DNA of 62,992 bases, filler included, from Chiloscyllium plagiosum (lineage: Eukaryota), in assembly GCF_004010195.1 (NCBI RefSeq). It is 3 parts of one record of this genome, joined end to end, with 100 filler letters (N's around TTAATTAATTAA, not from the genome) between each part and the next. Parts side by side here need not be neighbours in the genome. Positions count along the whole stretch, not along the records: positions 22,493 to 53,054 come from NC_057710.1; 2 more parts are not named here. One strand, 5' to 3'. The translations under genes were made by a program, and so were the position numbers. Shown one piece after another: positions 35,011-48,237 of this stretch (the stretch's first letter is position 1; each line of letters opens with the position of its first letter). The notes below the pieces were generated by a model that was given only the letters and a program-made list of their open reading frames with translations, was not told where the DNA came from and made no database searches.

Positions 35011-37924
35011 GGGTCTAAAAATTGAACTGGAGCACATTGATTGGAAACACATTTTGGTGAATAAAATAGTGGATTAAAAAAATGGGAGAATTTCAAAAGA
35101 GAGATGAATAGGGTTCAACAAAGTACATTAGAAATAAATATGGAGTATCCAAATTGAGAATGCCCTGGATGAATAAGGATATTGATGATAAAATAAGGAA
35201 GAATGAGGAGGCATATGATACATACCAGAATAATGATAGCAATAGAAAGCAGGAAGAGTATCTCAAATGCAGGACAAGGTTAAGGCTAAAACAAGGAAGG
35301 TTAAAGGGGAGCTTGAGAAAAAGATGACAGGCTGTGCTAAAACAAATAGTAAAATGTTCTTCAAGCATACTATTAGTAAAATATAAGTGATAGATAGAGT
35401 GTAGTCCATAAGGAATAAATAGAGTAAGCATTCACTCAACCAAAGTATATGGCAGAGGTACTAAATTAATATTTTGCTTCTTTTTTTACCAAATTAGAAG
35501 ATGGTAACAATGGCCCAGTTGAAAATCTGGGTGTTGAACACCTGAGCAGCTTAGCGGTGGATAGCGAAGAGGTGCTAAAGTGGCTGGCAGCAATCCAGGA
35601 AGAGAAGTTGCTGGGTCCACAATAGATGCATCCTAGATTGCTGAGAGGGGTAAATTGTGCAGTGGTTAACAGAGATCTTCCCAGGGGACTAGAAGATCGC
35701 AAATGTGAAACCATTGTTTGTAAAAGGGACAAAGGATAACCCAGGAAACTACAGAGCTGTTAGTTTGACATCACTAGTGGGAAAAATGATGGAAGCTATA
35801 ATATGGGATAAGGTAAATTTACACTTAGAGAAAAGTAAGTTAATACTAGACAGTCAACATGGCTTTGACGAAGGCAGGTCATGTCTAACAAATTTAATTG
35901 TGTTCTCTGACAAGCTGACACAGGTAGTAGACGGGGGTAGTGCTGTGGACGGTGTATATTTGGACTTTCAGAAACCATGGCAGGTTGGTTAGCAAATGAG
36001 AAAAACATTATGTTTAATGGGTCCTTGGCAGCATGGATTAGTAGTTGACTAAAAGAAAGGAAACAAAGGGTAGGTATAGATGGACATTTCTCAGACTGAA
36101 GACAAGTTGAATGTGGTGCTCCCCAGGATCGGTTTTGGGACCCTTGCTTTTTCTGATTTATAAAAACAATTTGGAGATGAGAACTGAGGGCAAAGTCTCT
36201 AAATTCGCAGTCAATACCAAGTTTGGGAGAATAGTGAATTGTGAGGATGATGCTGAGCAACTTCAGAGGGGCATTGACATGATGGCAAAATGGGCAGACA
36301 CCCACCAAATGAAATTTAATGGAGAGAAATATGAGGTTATGCATTTTAGTAGAAGAATCACAGAGAGACAATTACAGACTCAATGATACAACTTTGAGGG
36401 GAGCATAGGAGAAAAGCGACTTCAGGTTTCACCCACATAATTCTCTGAAGCTGGCCAGGCAAGTTGAAACTTTGTTAAGAAGGCTTATAGGATCCTTTAG
36501 TTTATAAATAGAGGCATTGAGTACTCCAGCAGTGAAGTGCACATCATTGATCAGACCTCTGTGTTCAGTTCTGGGCATCTTATTTAAGGAAGGATGTTAA
36601 AACCCTGGTTCAAAATAGACACAAAATGATACAGGAATGAGGGATTATGAACAATTTTGAAATGAAAAAGAAGGATGTTCCATTTCCACTAGTCAGTACG
36701 TCTGTGTTTAACTTCAACCACAGTCATAACTTCAATATTGCCAACAAGAGTGCGAGGTGTGGGATGAGGCAAAATCTATTTACTCAGAGAGTTGTTAAAA
36801 TTTGGAATGTGCTGCCTGGGAGAGATTGAAGGTGGATTCCTTTGGAGGTTTCAAAAGAGATCTCGATATATATTTGAAAATGATTAATTTGGACGGCTGG
36901 AGAATGGGACTAGCTGGGTAACTTGTTTGGGAGCTGATACAGACATGATGGGTCAAATGGCCTCCTTCTGTACTGTAAAATTCTATGATTCTGTCAATGA
37001 GTTTTATGTGGATTTCTACAAAACTGGCATCGCTTTGATGATGTGCAAATTTTCCACGTTATGTCCTGTCCACAAAAACAAAAATTAAAACTGAAAATTC
37101 TACCGCACCAGCTTCATTTTGACCATCAGCAAAGTAATGAAAGGAGTCATCAACAGTATTATGAAGTGCCATTTATACAGTAATAACCTGCTCAATGATG
37201 TTCAGCTGGAATCCTGCCATAGCCACTCAGCTCTGGGCCTCAATACTGCTTTGATCCCAACAAGGACTCAAGAGCTGAGATGACAGTGGCTGTCTTTCAT
37301 ATCAAGGCAGCATTAGACAAAATGTTGTATCGATGGAATCCTAACAAATTTGAAATTAATGGGAATTAAGTGGAAAGTTCTTGACTGGTTGAAGTTAAAC
37401 CTGACACAAAGGAAGATTGTTGTGGTTGTTGGAAACTAATCATCTCATTCCCAGGCTATTGTATAAGAGTTCCTCAGGACACTGGCAGACGCCTAAATAT
37501 CTTTAATTGCTTCATCAATGATCTTTAATTCAAAGTTAGGATGTGGGGTGTGAAGTGGAGCTTGTGTTATCAGCAGTGTCATATATAACTCGTTATATAT
37601 GAAGCAACCTGTGCCTATGTGCAGCAAGAACCTAGGTAATATTTAGTATTAGGTTGATAAGTGTAACACTTATCATTATGCAAGTGTCAGGATGAGGAAA
37701 TCTAACTATCTTATCTTGAAGTTCAATTGCATTGCCATTGCTTAATCCTTCACTATCAACATCCTGGAATTTCAATTAATTAGAAACTGAATTGGACTAG
37801 CCATTTAAATACTGCAGCTACAAGCATAGGTCAGAGGCTGAGAATGCTGACTTAGGCAACTGATCTCCTGAAACCCCCAAAGCCTGTTCACATCTACAAG
37901 GCACAATTGAAATGAAATACTCTC

Positions 37925-38370
37925 AGAATTATAGAATTTATGGAATTGTAATGGTGCAAAAAAAGGCTATTTGGTCCATTGTGCCTGAACAAGTTCTATT
38001 GCCGATTTATCTCTCCACTTCGAGTCATTGAGTTGTATAGCATGGAAACAGACCCTTTGGTCCAACTTGTCCATGCTGACTATATATCCTAAATTAATCT
38101 AGTCCAATTTGCCATTAATTGTCCCATATCCTTTAAACCATCCCTATTCATTTACCCATCTAGATGCCATTTAAACGTTATAATTGTAAAGGCCTCCACC
38201 ACTTCCCCTGGCAGCTCATTCCATCCACGCACCACCCTCTGCATGAAAAAGATGCCTTTCAGGTTCCTTTTAAATCTTTCCCCTCTCACCTTAAACCTAT
38301 GCCCTCAAGTTTTGGGCTCCCCTACCCTGAGGAAAAATCCTTGGCTATTCACCCTATCTATGCCCCTTAT
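37925..38370 (-). mobile_element. CR1 3' end(s) nested in the LINE above
   Basis: catggaaacagaccctttggtccaac...ggcagctcattccat...aaatctttcccctctcaccttaaacctatgccctc is the antisense of a CR1 ORF2 end and 3' UTR. Confidence 0.85.
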
Positions 38371-38751
38371 CTGGTTAAGCATAGATCCTCCAGCCCTCAA
38401 AACGTTTGACACAATCCAGCTCATTTGATTAGCACACATTCACTATTCTAAACATACATTTTCTTTACTACTGATATACAGTTCCATCTGCTACACACAC
38501 TGCAGCAATTCATCAATGCTCCTTGAACAGTATTTTCCAAACACATGCCTGCTGCTTGTAGGACAAGGAGAGCAGTTGCATGTTACAACATCACCTTCAT
38601 GTTTCCCACCAAGCTACAGACACCATCCTTACTTGAAACCATAGTGCCGTTCTTTCACAGTCCCTGGGTGAAAATCCTGGAACTCACTCCATAATAGTGC
38701 TGTGGGTATACCTGCATCCAATAGAGTATGGGAATTCACAAAGTCAAGTCT

Positions 38752-39075
38752 AGGCAGTACGGTGACTCAGTGGTTAGCACTGCTGCTTCACAACGCCAGG
38801 GACCTGACTTCAATTCCAGCCTCAAGTAAATGTCGGTGTGAAGTTTACCCATTCTCCCTGTGTCTGCGTGAGTTCCCTCCGGGTGCTCCGGTTTCCTCCC
38901 ACAGTTTAAAGATATACATGTTAGGTGGATTGGCCATGCTAAATTGCCCATAGTGCAGGCTAGGTGGATTAGCCATGGGAAATACAGGGATAGAGTGGAT
39001 TTGGGTGTAATGGTCTTCGGGAGTGGGTTGGTATGGACTCAATGGGCCAAATGGCCTGATTCCATGATTCTATGA
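38752..39075 (+). mobile_element. HE1-type V-SINE
   Basis: ggcagtacggtgactcagtggttagcactgctgcttcacaacgccagggacc...ctccgggtgctccggtttcctcccacag...gattctatga. Confidence 0.92.
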
Positions 39076-40271
39076 ACTCACCTCTACCTTTCCAAGTAGA
39101 ATTAATGACAGAAATTAATGACACTGGTCTTTCCAGTGATTCCTACATCCAATGAACAAATAGAAAGAAATCCAAAAGAGCAGATCATGCAAGGAATCTG
39201 CATTAAAAGCTGTTTAACATAACAATCTGCTCACTCAGCATGATTCTAACACAGGTATCGCTTGCCAGCTCCAGTAGTCTATCAATTAGAGTGCATTGCC
39301 TCTTGGCAATAGAGCTTTAAAACACAATTTTGCAAACTTTGCTCTTGCCGAGCACAATGCCTTTAAGAGAGAATATGAGCAGGGTAAATAACAACAAGGC
39401 TCTTCAATAAACCATTTACTGTTTAGTCCAGGAAGTATAAATAAACCTAAATGTGGTGTGATGGGCAAAGAAAAGATTGGGAAATTCAGAGTGAATGAAG
39501 CAAAGACAAGGTGACAAACAGTAAAGGTAAAAACAAAAACTTTGAAGTCTTCAATATGAAGTTTGTTTTGCAAGAATGGCACTCCACAACTATATAATTT
39601 CATTTTTAGGATCAGCAAAGTTGTTCAGCGGTAGCTATTACTTTGCAGTTTGTGAAAAATATGTTTGCCCCTGAATGAATCAGCCTGAACCTTTGCTGCA
39701 AAACCAGTGTGCAAGTATCTAAAGATCATACTGTTACATTTAATTCAGTGCCACATCTATTGGCAAGGATTGTAAGAGTGCATTCAGTAGAGAACTAGGC
39801 AATCTCTGACAGAAATTCTGGATTTTTCTTTTAACTTTGGATGTGCGAGCACCAGACATAGCTGTTCAATATATCCATGGATAACAGCACTGTTAGCCTC
39901 ACTGATATTCTTATCGTAATATTGGTCATATGTCCAAGTTTAAATTTTCAACATTGCTCCATTCAGTTATTTCCTTTAACAGATGAATAAGTTCTTGCAT
40001 CTTTAAAATCAATGTTATTGTTCTACTGTGTGTTTCCTCCATCATCTGTCTCAGTGATCAGAACTTGTCACATGATGTTGGGCATTGTATAGTTTAAGCA
40101 TGAAATTCTGCAGTTTGCCTTGTTTTGCCTATGTAGTTTAACATTCTATCTGCAGTGTTGATCATTTCTCTGAGATGAAGGATACACAAAATACTCAGAA
40201 TAATAACTGTGTACAAGATTTCTTTCAACTGCACCATCACATATATGAAAAACATTTATGAAGTGTTTATC

Positions 40272-40311
40272 ACATCCATTTTTCTTTCTACATCCATTTT
40301 TCTTTCTACAT
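40272..40311 (+). repeat. Perfect 18-bp tandem duplication
   Basis: acatccatttttctttct occurs twice (40272-40289, 40290-40307), followed by acat. Confidence 0.85.
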
Positions 40312-41784
40312 GCTATACTTTGCACTTTTCATGTCAATGTTTATTTGCCACTGGTCTGTTTTGTTTGTTGCAGGTTTGGCCAAACCTCCAATCAATGTCT
40401 CCTGGTATCTTCCCCCTTGTTCTTTCCCATCCAGGGGTCTTGACTCATACATGCACTCAGCCAATGGCAATATTGGCAAGGTTAAACCTGCTAAATGGAG
40501 AATGGAATAGCAAATCAATATTCATTTCCATTGTGCATAATTTCTTCTGTGGTGCAATGAGTAATAATTCTCTTAGAAAGAAGGTTTGAGCATTCCTGTA
40601 AGTGTGCTATGAAAGGGCAAATGTGTTAACTTCGATTTAACGTGCTTTCTGTCCTCTCAGAATAAATCCACTCCCAGAGTGGAATGTGAGACTTTTATAC
40701 ATTCATTGAATACTATGAAGACTGTTAAGCTTCAAATACCAATTACCATTACCTTGTTAATAGGCTCTGCTATGATAAATTAGACTGCAATGCAAAGAAC
40801 TGATAATTCTATACCAATTAACAAGATCTCCAGTGACTAACTTCTGTTAAATATTCAGACAAGTGCATTTATTGAATTGATGGGATTAGAGAATAGCATT
40901 ATAGGCAGTGCTTAGTGAATCCTGAACTGAAATGATAAAAAAAAATTTTTGTAGATAACTCACATTGTTATATCATGAAGGATTAAAATAATTTTTGAAT
41001 TAAGTAAATGTGGCAAGTTGCCTAATTTCTTTGGGTTTAAAATAACATTATTACAAATTAGGATTTTAATTAAGGCTAGATTGGTCAACACAGTTGTTAA
41101 ACCTGCACTTTATAAATGAAGGAATGATTTGTATAAATAATATAAATGTCACTCATGTCATGAATTAATCTTTGACAATTAAAATGATCACAAATAGCCA
41201 AATGTTGACTGCAATTTCCAAAGCACAGATGAAATATTACTTTTAAAGAAGTTCAGGATAAGGCATGAGTAAGGTAATTAAACTTCATGGTTCAATATAA
41301 AAAGAAATGTATTTAAAATCAAATCTTCTTCATATAAGACACAGCATTTACAGCATACTTTCTTTACGTGACAATCCTATATACTAGCATGGCATTCTGA
41401 TTTATGTTAATGGAGAATAGATACTGTTAATACACTTTTTCTTCATGCTGAGTCACGGAACTGCAATCTCTTTTAGACTTCCATTACTCAGCACTGGTAT
41501 ACACATCTCAGTACGTTGGGCAATTTATTTTCTCATTCTACAAAAGAGATTGATGGGAAAAAAAAGCCATTTTGTACAACTCGTCAAAAAGGTTTCAAGG
41601 ATCACCTGTCATAATTTACATAAATTCTCTTATTTAAATAGAAAGCTGAACAAGGAATTGTAGAAACCAGAATATTTTTCATTCGCAAAGGGAAAAATGC
41701 CTCAAGCCCTATGTAGTGAGTTCAGAATATGTTTATGAAGAATTAGATATGATTTCAAGAATTCTTATTGGACACGCATAATCA

Positions 41785-42135
41785 GGCATGGTGGCTCAGT
41801 GGTTAGCATAATGCCTCACAGGTCCAGGCACCTGGGTTGGATTTCCACCTCAGGTGATTGCTTGTATGGAATTTGCACCTTTGCTTGGTGTCTGCATGGT
41901 TCTCCAGTTTCTTCCCATAATCCAAAGGTGTGCAAATTAGGTGAACTGGTCACACTAAATTGCCCATTGTGTTCAGGGATGTGTAGGTTAGGTGCATTAG
42001 TCAGGGGTAAATGTGGAGTAATAAGGTAGGGGAATGGGTCTGGCTGGGTTACTCTTTGAAGGGTTGGTGTGGACCTTTTGGGTCTAATGGCCTGTTTCCA
42101 CACCAGTAGGGAAATCCTGTAGGGATTCTGCGATT
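41785..42135 (+). mobile_element. HE1-type V-SINE, older copy
   Basis: ggcatggtggctcagtggttagcataatgcctcacagg...ctaaattgcccattgtg...ggcctgtttccacac...gggattctgcg. Confidence 0.88.
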
Positions 42136-42669
42136 ATTATAGGTGAGCTGGTTGGCTGAACACAAAATTACCCCAAATTGAATCAGACCAAATCAATTTT
42201 CATTTTGCTAATATGCCACTTTATGTTTTGGTTTAAACAAGGTAGCTAGTTACAACCAATGGACCAAGACAACAATCACATTCAACACTTCAATTTTTGC
42301 ATCACTTTGTGTGCAACAGTCAATCTCTTCATGTCTGTTAATCTTTGGGAAATATTTTATATACCCAGTATATATGTTTAATCATAAATTATTCTTCATG
42401 AGTATATTCAGTCATTGACAATTATAGAGGTCATGACCTTTTCGAGGACCTTACTTCACCCATTCTACTGACACAAAGAAGCCCTTCAACAAACTATTGC
42501 AATTTTCAGATTTCAAACTTCATATCAGTTAACCAATATCTCCATCACTAATAGGCGAGAGTGTCAATAATGTATTTGATAGGATTAACAAGATGTAGTT
42601 AGGAATGCAGTATGCTTGTAATCACAGTAAGTGTGGTGACTGTATTTGCTCAAACTATGCTATTACTTA

Positions 42670-42730
42670 GGCTTCTTGTAGTGCAGTCATTGTGTCCCTA
42701 CCTCTGAGCCAGAAGGCCTGGGTTCATATT
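42670..42730 (+). mobile_element. tRNA-derived SINE head fragment
   Basis: gtagtgcagtcattgtgtccctacctctgagccagaaggcctgggttca, homologous to the reverse complement of 17524-17600. Confidence 0.55.
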
Positions 42731-44203
42731 ACAGCATATATGCAGTTAGGTAGATAGTCTGGTATTGACTCTTCCTTCACCTTTTTGGGTCTACATTAAG
42801 TCTTAAGTTTAATAATGCTATTATCCCATTGATATCGATCACTGTGCTCTCTCTTGAGCTTATCTCGAAGATATTGCTACAAACCCAAGTGAATCTTAGT
42901 CCTACTGGATTTCATGATATCCCAATTGATGAATTGTCTAAAATATGGGGAAATGTAACGTTCTTCATTTTAATGAAAGAAAAGAAAAGCAAAATATTTT
43001 GTAAAAGATAAGAATTTTTTAAATATCAGAGAGAGATTCAGGTGTCACAAAAGTAACACAAAATGTTAGCATTCAGGTATAGCAAGGAATAAGGCCAGAA
43101 GAGCTTCATTAGGCAGGTGTCACAAAGAATGACGAGGAGGAGGTCAGTAGCAAGGGTCAGGGGTGGCTCTCTGCCAGCCCACCAATGTAACCCATCAATA
43201 CCACTTAAATAAGACCCACTCATGAAAACCAATCTGCAATGTCAGTGGGAGGATGAGATGGGTGTTCTGTTCACCACTCATGCCCTGATCTGTCAGATTT
43301 AAAGTATGGCTCCACTGTCAGGAATGCAGAGCTCGTTCTTAAAGTAAAAAAGGGAGTGATGTGGCTGTCTGAGTGTGAACGCCACTCTCAGACAATCTGA
43401 CGCAATATGTTATGGCTTTTTTTTGATGTACATCTTTATTGTGAATAGTTCTATTACCAAAGAACCCATGAAAGGTTACAGAATAGATGAAGGTTATTTG
43501 CCAATTGGGTGAAACTCTGCGCACTGACCCATGGTGAGTTTAGCAGTGAAGCTTGTTTACTCAGGTAGAAGGATGGCATATGGGGGTTCTGTGGCTTCCC
43601 ACCTCGCTATCAGTTAAGTCCTTAGCAGAAAGGCTTACAGATGGTTTTCCTGCCTTTCCATCAATTGAGACCCTTAAATGCTCAATGAATGTTCACTTAA
43701 GGGCCTCATCCTGCCATCGCTTACTGTAACCGTGTCGCAGATGTGTACCTTGTCATGCAGAAAGCAAGGGTACACTATAGTTTTTGCTGACTGGCTCCAA
43801 GAAAAGAATCATCTTTCAGTGGCACACAGTTCCTGTTTGAAGGATACAGCATCAGAAAAAGTAATAAGCTGTTGTAGAACCCCCACTCCCTGAGACTTCC
43901 AACCCCCAAACTCTTTCATGCCATCACTCACCTCAGTCCAAGGTTTCAGAGGCACTTCTGTGTAGAGGAGTCCTGGTAATCTCTCACTGGCCAACAGATC
44001 TAGGCATGTTGGACTTTTGCCCTTGGTGTCCTTGATCCTAAAGGAAGGCCCACTATTGGACTGCTAAGTGCCTGAGTGGTACAAAATGTGGCATGTCTTC
44101 CCATAAAGAGGAGATGTGGGTGTCTCCCTGTTTTTCCATCTGTCAACCAGACCCTTGTTGCCTTCAATAGATTTTACCTTTAAGTCTGCACTGTCTATGT
44201 GTT

Positions 44204-44275
44204 AGGAGAAAGTGAGCACTGCAGATGCAGGAAAATCAGAGTTGAAAAATGTGGTGCTGGAAAAACACAACAGGT
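44204..44275 (-). mobile_element. Outer left arm of a PLE palindrome split by the following CR1
   Basis: aggagaaagtgagcactgcagatgc...gtggtgctggaaaaacacaacaggt continues as caggcagcatcc at 48238. Confidence 0.8.
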
Positions 44276-47200
44276 TCTTTCTTTCTTTTCTTTGTTCTCT
44301 TTCTTTTCTTTCATATATGTAAGTGCATTGTTTGGTTTTAGTTAGTTGATATAAAGCTAAGGCTTACAATGGCAGGGGACCTCAGACCCGTAGCGTGTGC
44401 CTCTTGCTTGATGTGGAAGCTTAGGAACGTGGCTGACATTCCTGACTCTTTCACTTTCAAGAAGTGTGTCCCGCTGCAGCCCTTGTTTGACCGCATGATG
44501 GCTCTGGAGCTGTGGATGGACTCACTGTGGAGCATCCGCGATGCTGTGGAGATCGTGGATAGCACGTTTAGTGAGCTGTTCACACCACAGGTTAGAGTTG
44601 CTGAGGGAGACAGTGAATGAGTGACCAAAAGGCAGAAAAAGAGTAGGAAGGCAGTGCAGGTGTCCCCTGCAGTCATCTCCCTCCAAAACGGGTGTACCAT
44701 TTTTGATACTTTTGGGGGAGATGGCTCACCGGGGAGGTCAGCAGTTGCCAAGATCATGGCACCATGGCGGACACTGCTGGTCAGAAGGGCGGGAAAAAGA
44801 CTCATAGGGCCATAGTCATAGGGGATTCTAATGTAAGGGGAGTAGATAGACGGTTCTGTCGCCGAAAAAGGGCTTCCAGATGGTATGTTGCTTCCCAGGT
44901 GCTTGGGTCAGGGATGTCATCGATCGACTGCAGAGCATTCTAAAAGGGGAGGGTGAACAGCCAGTTGTCGTGTGCATATAGGCACCAATGATATAAGTAA
45001 AAAATAAGATGAGGTCCTGAAAGCAGAATTCAGGGAGCTAGGAGAGAAGTTAAAAAAGGAGGACCTCACAGGTAGTGATCTCGGGATTACTACCAATGCC
45101 ACATGCTAGCCAGTGTAGAAATGAAAGAATAGGTAGGTTGAACATGTGGCTTGAGGGATGGTGTAAGAGGGACGGGTTCAGATTTGTTGGACTTTGGGAC
45201 TGGTTCAGGGGAAGGTGGGACTATTACAAATTGGACAGTCTACATCTGAACCAGACCGGAACTAATGTTGTTTGGGGAATTTTTGTTACTGCTGTTGGGG
45301 ACCTTTTAAACTAATGTGGCGGGGGCTGGGAAGAGAAAAGAAGACAAGTAGATAGCGAGGTGAAAACTGGAGACTGTAAGAATCATGAAGTTAGCATTAA
45401 TATGGGGAAGAGTAGGCAGAGAGCAGATGAACGCAAAAGAACTGGTGGCCTGAAGTGCATATACTTTAATGCAATGAGTATACTGGGTAAGGCAGATGAA
45501 CTTAGGGCTTGGATTGGTACTTGGGAGTATGACATTATTGCAATCATAGAGACTTGGTAGAAGGAAGGGCATGATTAGCAACTAAATGTTCCATGATATA
45601 GACCCTTCAGACAGGACAGGGAGGGAAGTAAAAGGGGGGGAGGACTTGCATTGCTGGTCAGGGATGATATTACAGCTGTGTTGGTAGGCTTGAGTAGTGA
45701 GGTATTATGGGTGGAGCTGAGAAATAAGAAGAATGCAGTTACATTTTTGGGGCTATATTACAGGCCTCCCAATAGTGAGCATGAGGTAGAAGAACAACTA
45801 GGTAAACAGATTATGGAAAGATGTAGAGGCAGTAGGATGATACTGATGAGAGATTTTAATTTTCCCAACATTGACTGGGATACATTTAATGCCAGAGGCT
45901 GGATTGGGCACAATTTGTAAGAAACGTTCAGGAGAGTTTTCTAGAGCAGTATGTCTATAGTCTGATAAGGGAAGGGGCCATATTGGACCTAATGTTGGGG
46001 AATGAGCCAGGCCAGATAGTAGAAATTGAGATGTGGGATTTCTTTGGGAACAATGACCACAATTCTGTAAGTTTTAGAATACTTGTACGCAAAGCTGACA
46101 GTAGTTCTAAGGCCAAGGCCAATTATATCAAAATTCGGCAGGGGCTGGGAAATGTGGATCGGTGACAGCTATTTGAAGGGAAGTCCACATTTGATATGTG
46201 GGAGGCTTTCAAAGATAGGTTAAAGATAGTGCAGGATAGGCATGTCCCTTTGAAAACAAGGGATAGGAAAGGCAAGATTCATGAACTGTGGATGACAGGA
46301 GAAATTATGCGACTAGCCAAGAAGAAATGGGAAGCATACATAAGGTCCAGGCAGCTAAGAACAGAACGGGCTCTGGAGGAATATCAGGAGAGTAGGATCA
46401 GTCCTAAACAAGGAATCAAGCGGGCTAAAAGGGATCATGAAATAGCTTTTGTGAGCAGAAATAAGGAGAATCCCAAAGCCTTTTATCCTTATATAAGAAG
46501 CAAGCGGGTAACTAGAGAAAAGATTGGTCCACTAAAAGATAAGGAAGGAAGGTTGTGTGTCAAACCTGAGAGAATGGGTGAGATTCTGAATGATTACTTT
46601 GCATCAGTGTTCACTGAGGTGAGGGACATGATGAATGTTGTGATTAGAGATAGAAGTTTGATTGCTCTGGATTCCGTTGGCATAAGTAGGGAAGATGTGT
46701 TGGGTAGGTGAGAGGTTATTAAGGTGGACAAATCCCCAGGACTGGAGATGCATCCCAGGTTGCTCAGGGAAGTGAGAGAGGAAATAGCTGGGGCCCTGAC
46801 AGATACCTTTATAGTATCTTTAAACACAGGTGAAGTGCCAGAGGACTGGAGGGTTACTTATGTTGTCCTCCAGTATAAGAAGGGTTGCAGGGATATTCCA
46901 TGTAACTACAGACCAGTTAGCCTGATGTCAGCGGCGGGAAAGTTGCTGGAGAAGGTACTGAGGGTTAAAATTTATTTATATTTGGAAAGGAATGGAGTTA
47001 TCAGTGATAGGCAACATGGTTTTGTGTGGGGTAGATCATGCTTTACCAACTTTGAGGAAATGAGTAAGTTGATAGGTGAAGGAAGGGCTGTAGAGGTCAT
47101 ATACCTCGACCTTAGTAAAGTGTTTGATAAGGTTCCCCTTGGTAAACTAATAGAGAAAGTGAAATCACATGGTGTGCAGGATGTGGATAAAGAACTGGTT

Positions 47201-48237
47201 GAGCAACAGGAGACAGAGAGTAGTAGTTGAAAGTTTTCTTCTTGAAATGGAGAAAGGTGACCAGTGGTGTTCCACAGGGGTCAGTGCTGGGGCCACTGTT
47301 GTTTGTGATATACATAAATGATCTGAAAGAAGGCACTGTTGGTATGATGAACAAGTTTGCAGATGACACAAAGATTGGTGGAGTAACACAAAGCATAGAG
47401 GACTGTCAAAGAATGCAGGAGAATATAAATAGACTGGAGAGTTGGACTGAGAAGTGGCAGATGGAATTCAATCCCGTCAAATGTGAGGTGATGCATTTTG
47501 GGAAGTCTAATTCTGGAGCAAATTATACTATAAATGGAAGAGCCTTGGGAAAAGTTGATGAGCAGAGAGATCTGGGAGTTCAGGTCCATTGTACCCTGCA
47601 AAGGTGGTCAAGAAGGCATATAGTATGCTTGCCTTCATTGGACGGGGTATTGAGTATAACAGCTGGCAGGTCATGCTAAAATTGTACGAAACATTGGTTC
47701 GGCTGCATTTAGAATACTGCATGCAGTTCTGGTCTCCACATTACCAAAAGGATGTGGATAATTTGGAGAGGGTGCATAGAAGGTTTATGAGGATGTTGCC
47801 TAGTATGGAAGGTGCTAGCTATGAAGAGAGGCTAAGTAGGTTATGACTGTTTTCATTAGAAAAAAGGAGATTGAGGGGGGACCTGATTGAGGTATACAAA
47901 ATCATGAAGGGTATAGACATGGTAGATAGACATAAGCCTTTTCCCAGGGTAAAGGATTCAATAATGAGAGGTGACACTTTCAAGGTGAGAGGTGAAAAGT
48001 TTAAGCAGGATACACACGGCATGTACTTTATCCAGAGGGTGCTAGGTGCTTGGAACTGGTTGCCAGCAGAGGTAGTAGAGGCAGGCATGATTCATTTAAG
48101 ATGCATCTGGACAGATGCATGAGTAGGTGGAGAGCAGAGGGATTGGGCGACAGGTTTAGACAGTGGATTTGGATCAGCTCAGGCTTGGAGGGCCAAAGGG
48201 CCTGTTCCTGGGCTGTAAGTTTTCTTTGTTCTTTGTT
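44276..48237 (+). mobile_element. Near full-length CR1 LINE (ORF1 zinc-finger/SGNH esterase, APE, RT, 3' UTR), inactivated
   Basis: ORF1 from 44369 MAGDLRPVACASCLMW...KKCVPLQPL; IVIGDS; GTND; YYKLDSLHLNQTGTNV; LKCIYFNAMSILGKADEL; YYRPPNS; NYRPVSL; QHGF..GRSC; SGVPQGSVLGPLLFVIYINDL...KFADDTKIG; tail (ttctttg)n. Many stops. Confidence 0.96.

Larger units (their letters stand above)
33085..36995 (+). mobile_element. Near full-length old CR1 LINE (ORF1 esterase type, APE, RT, tail) with internal insertions and deletion
   Basis: MGKLVMCVTGKMW...CQSIAVLKQRVADLEQRL; VVVGDSIV; HIGTNNI; RDGLYLSTRGTNVLA; LNCMCVNVRSIVN; NYRAVSLTSLVGK...QHGFDEGRSCLTNL; GSVLGPLLFLIY; tail aaattctatgattct. Confidence 0.9.
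37080..39170 (+). mobile_element. CR1/L2-group LINE (second family), decayed, hosting nested insertions
   Basis: ISKVMKGVINS, DIKAALDK-like and CFINDL motifs. Colinear with the reverse complement of 26782-27662; resumes after insertions at about 38370 and 39076. Confidence 0.8.

Noticed and set aside
40374..40480. Possible exon after the acceptor-like ttgtttgttgcag
   Set aside because: The donor (aag|gttaaa) is weak, the translations resemble no protein I recognise, and no partner exons were found.
43090..44180. GC-richer segments resembling non-autonomous DNA-transposon remnants
   Set aside because: I could not demonstrate terminal inverted repeats, a TSD or a second copy within the window.
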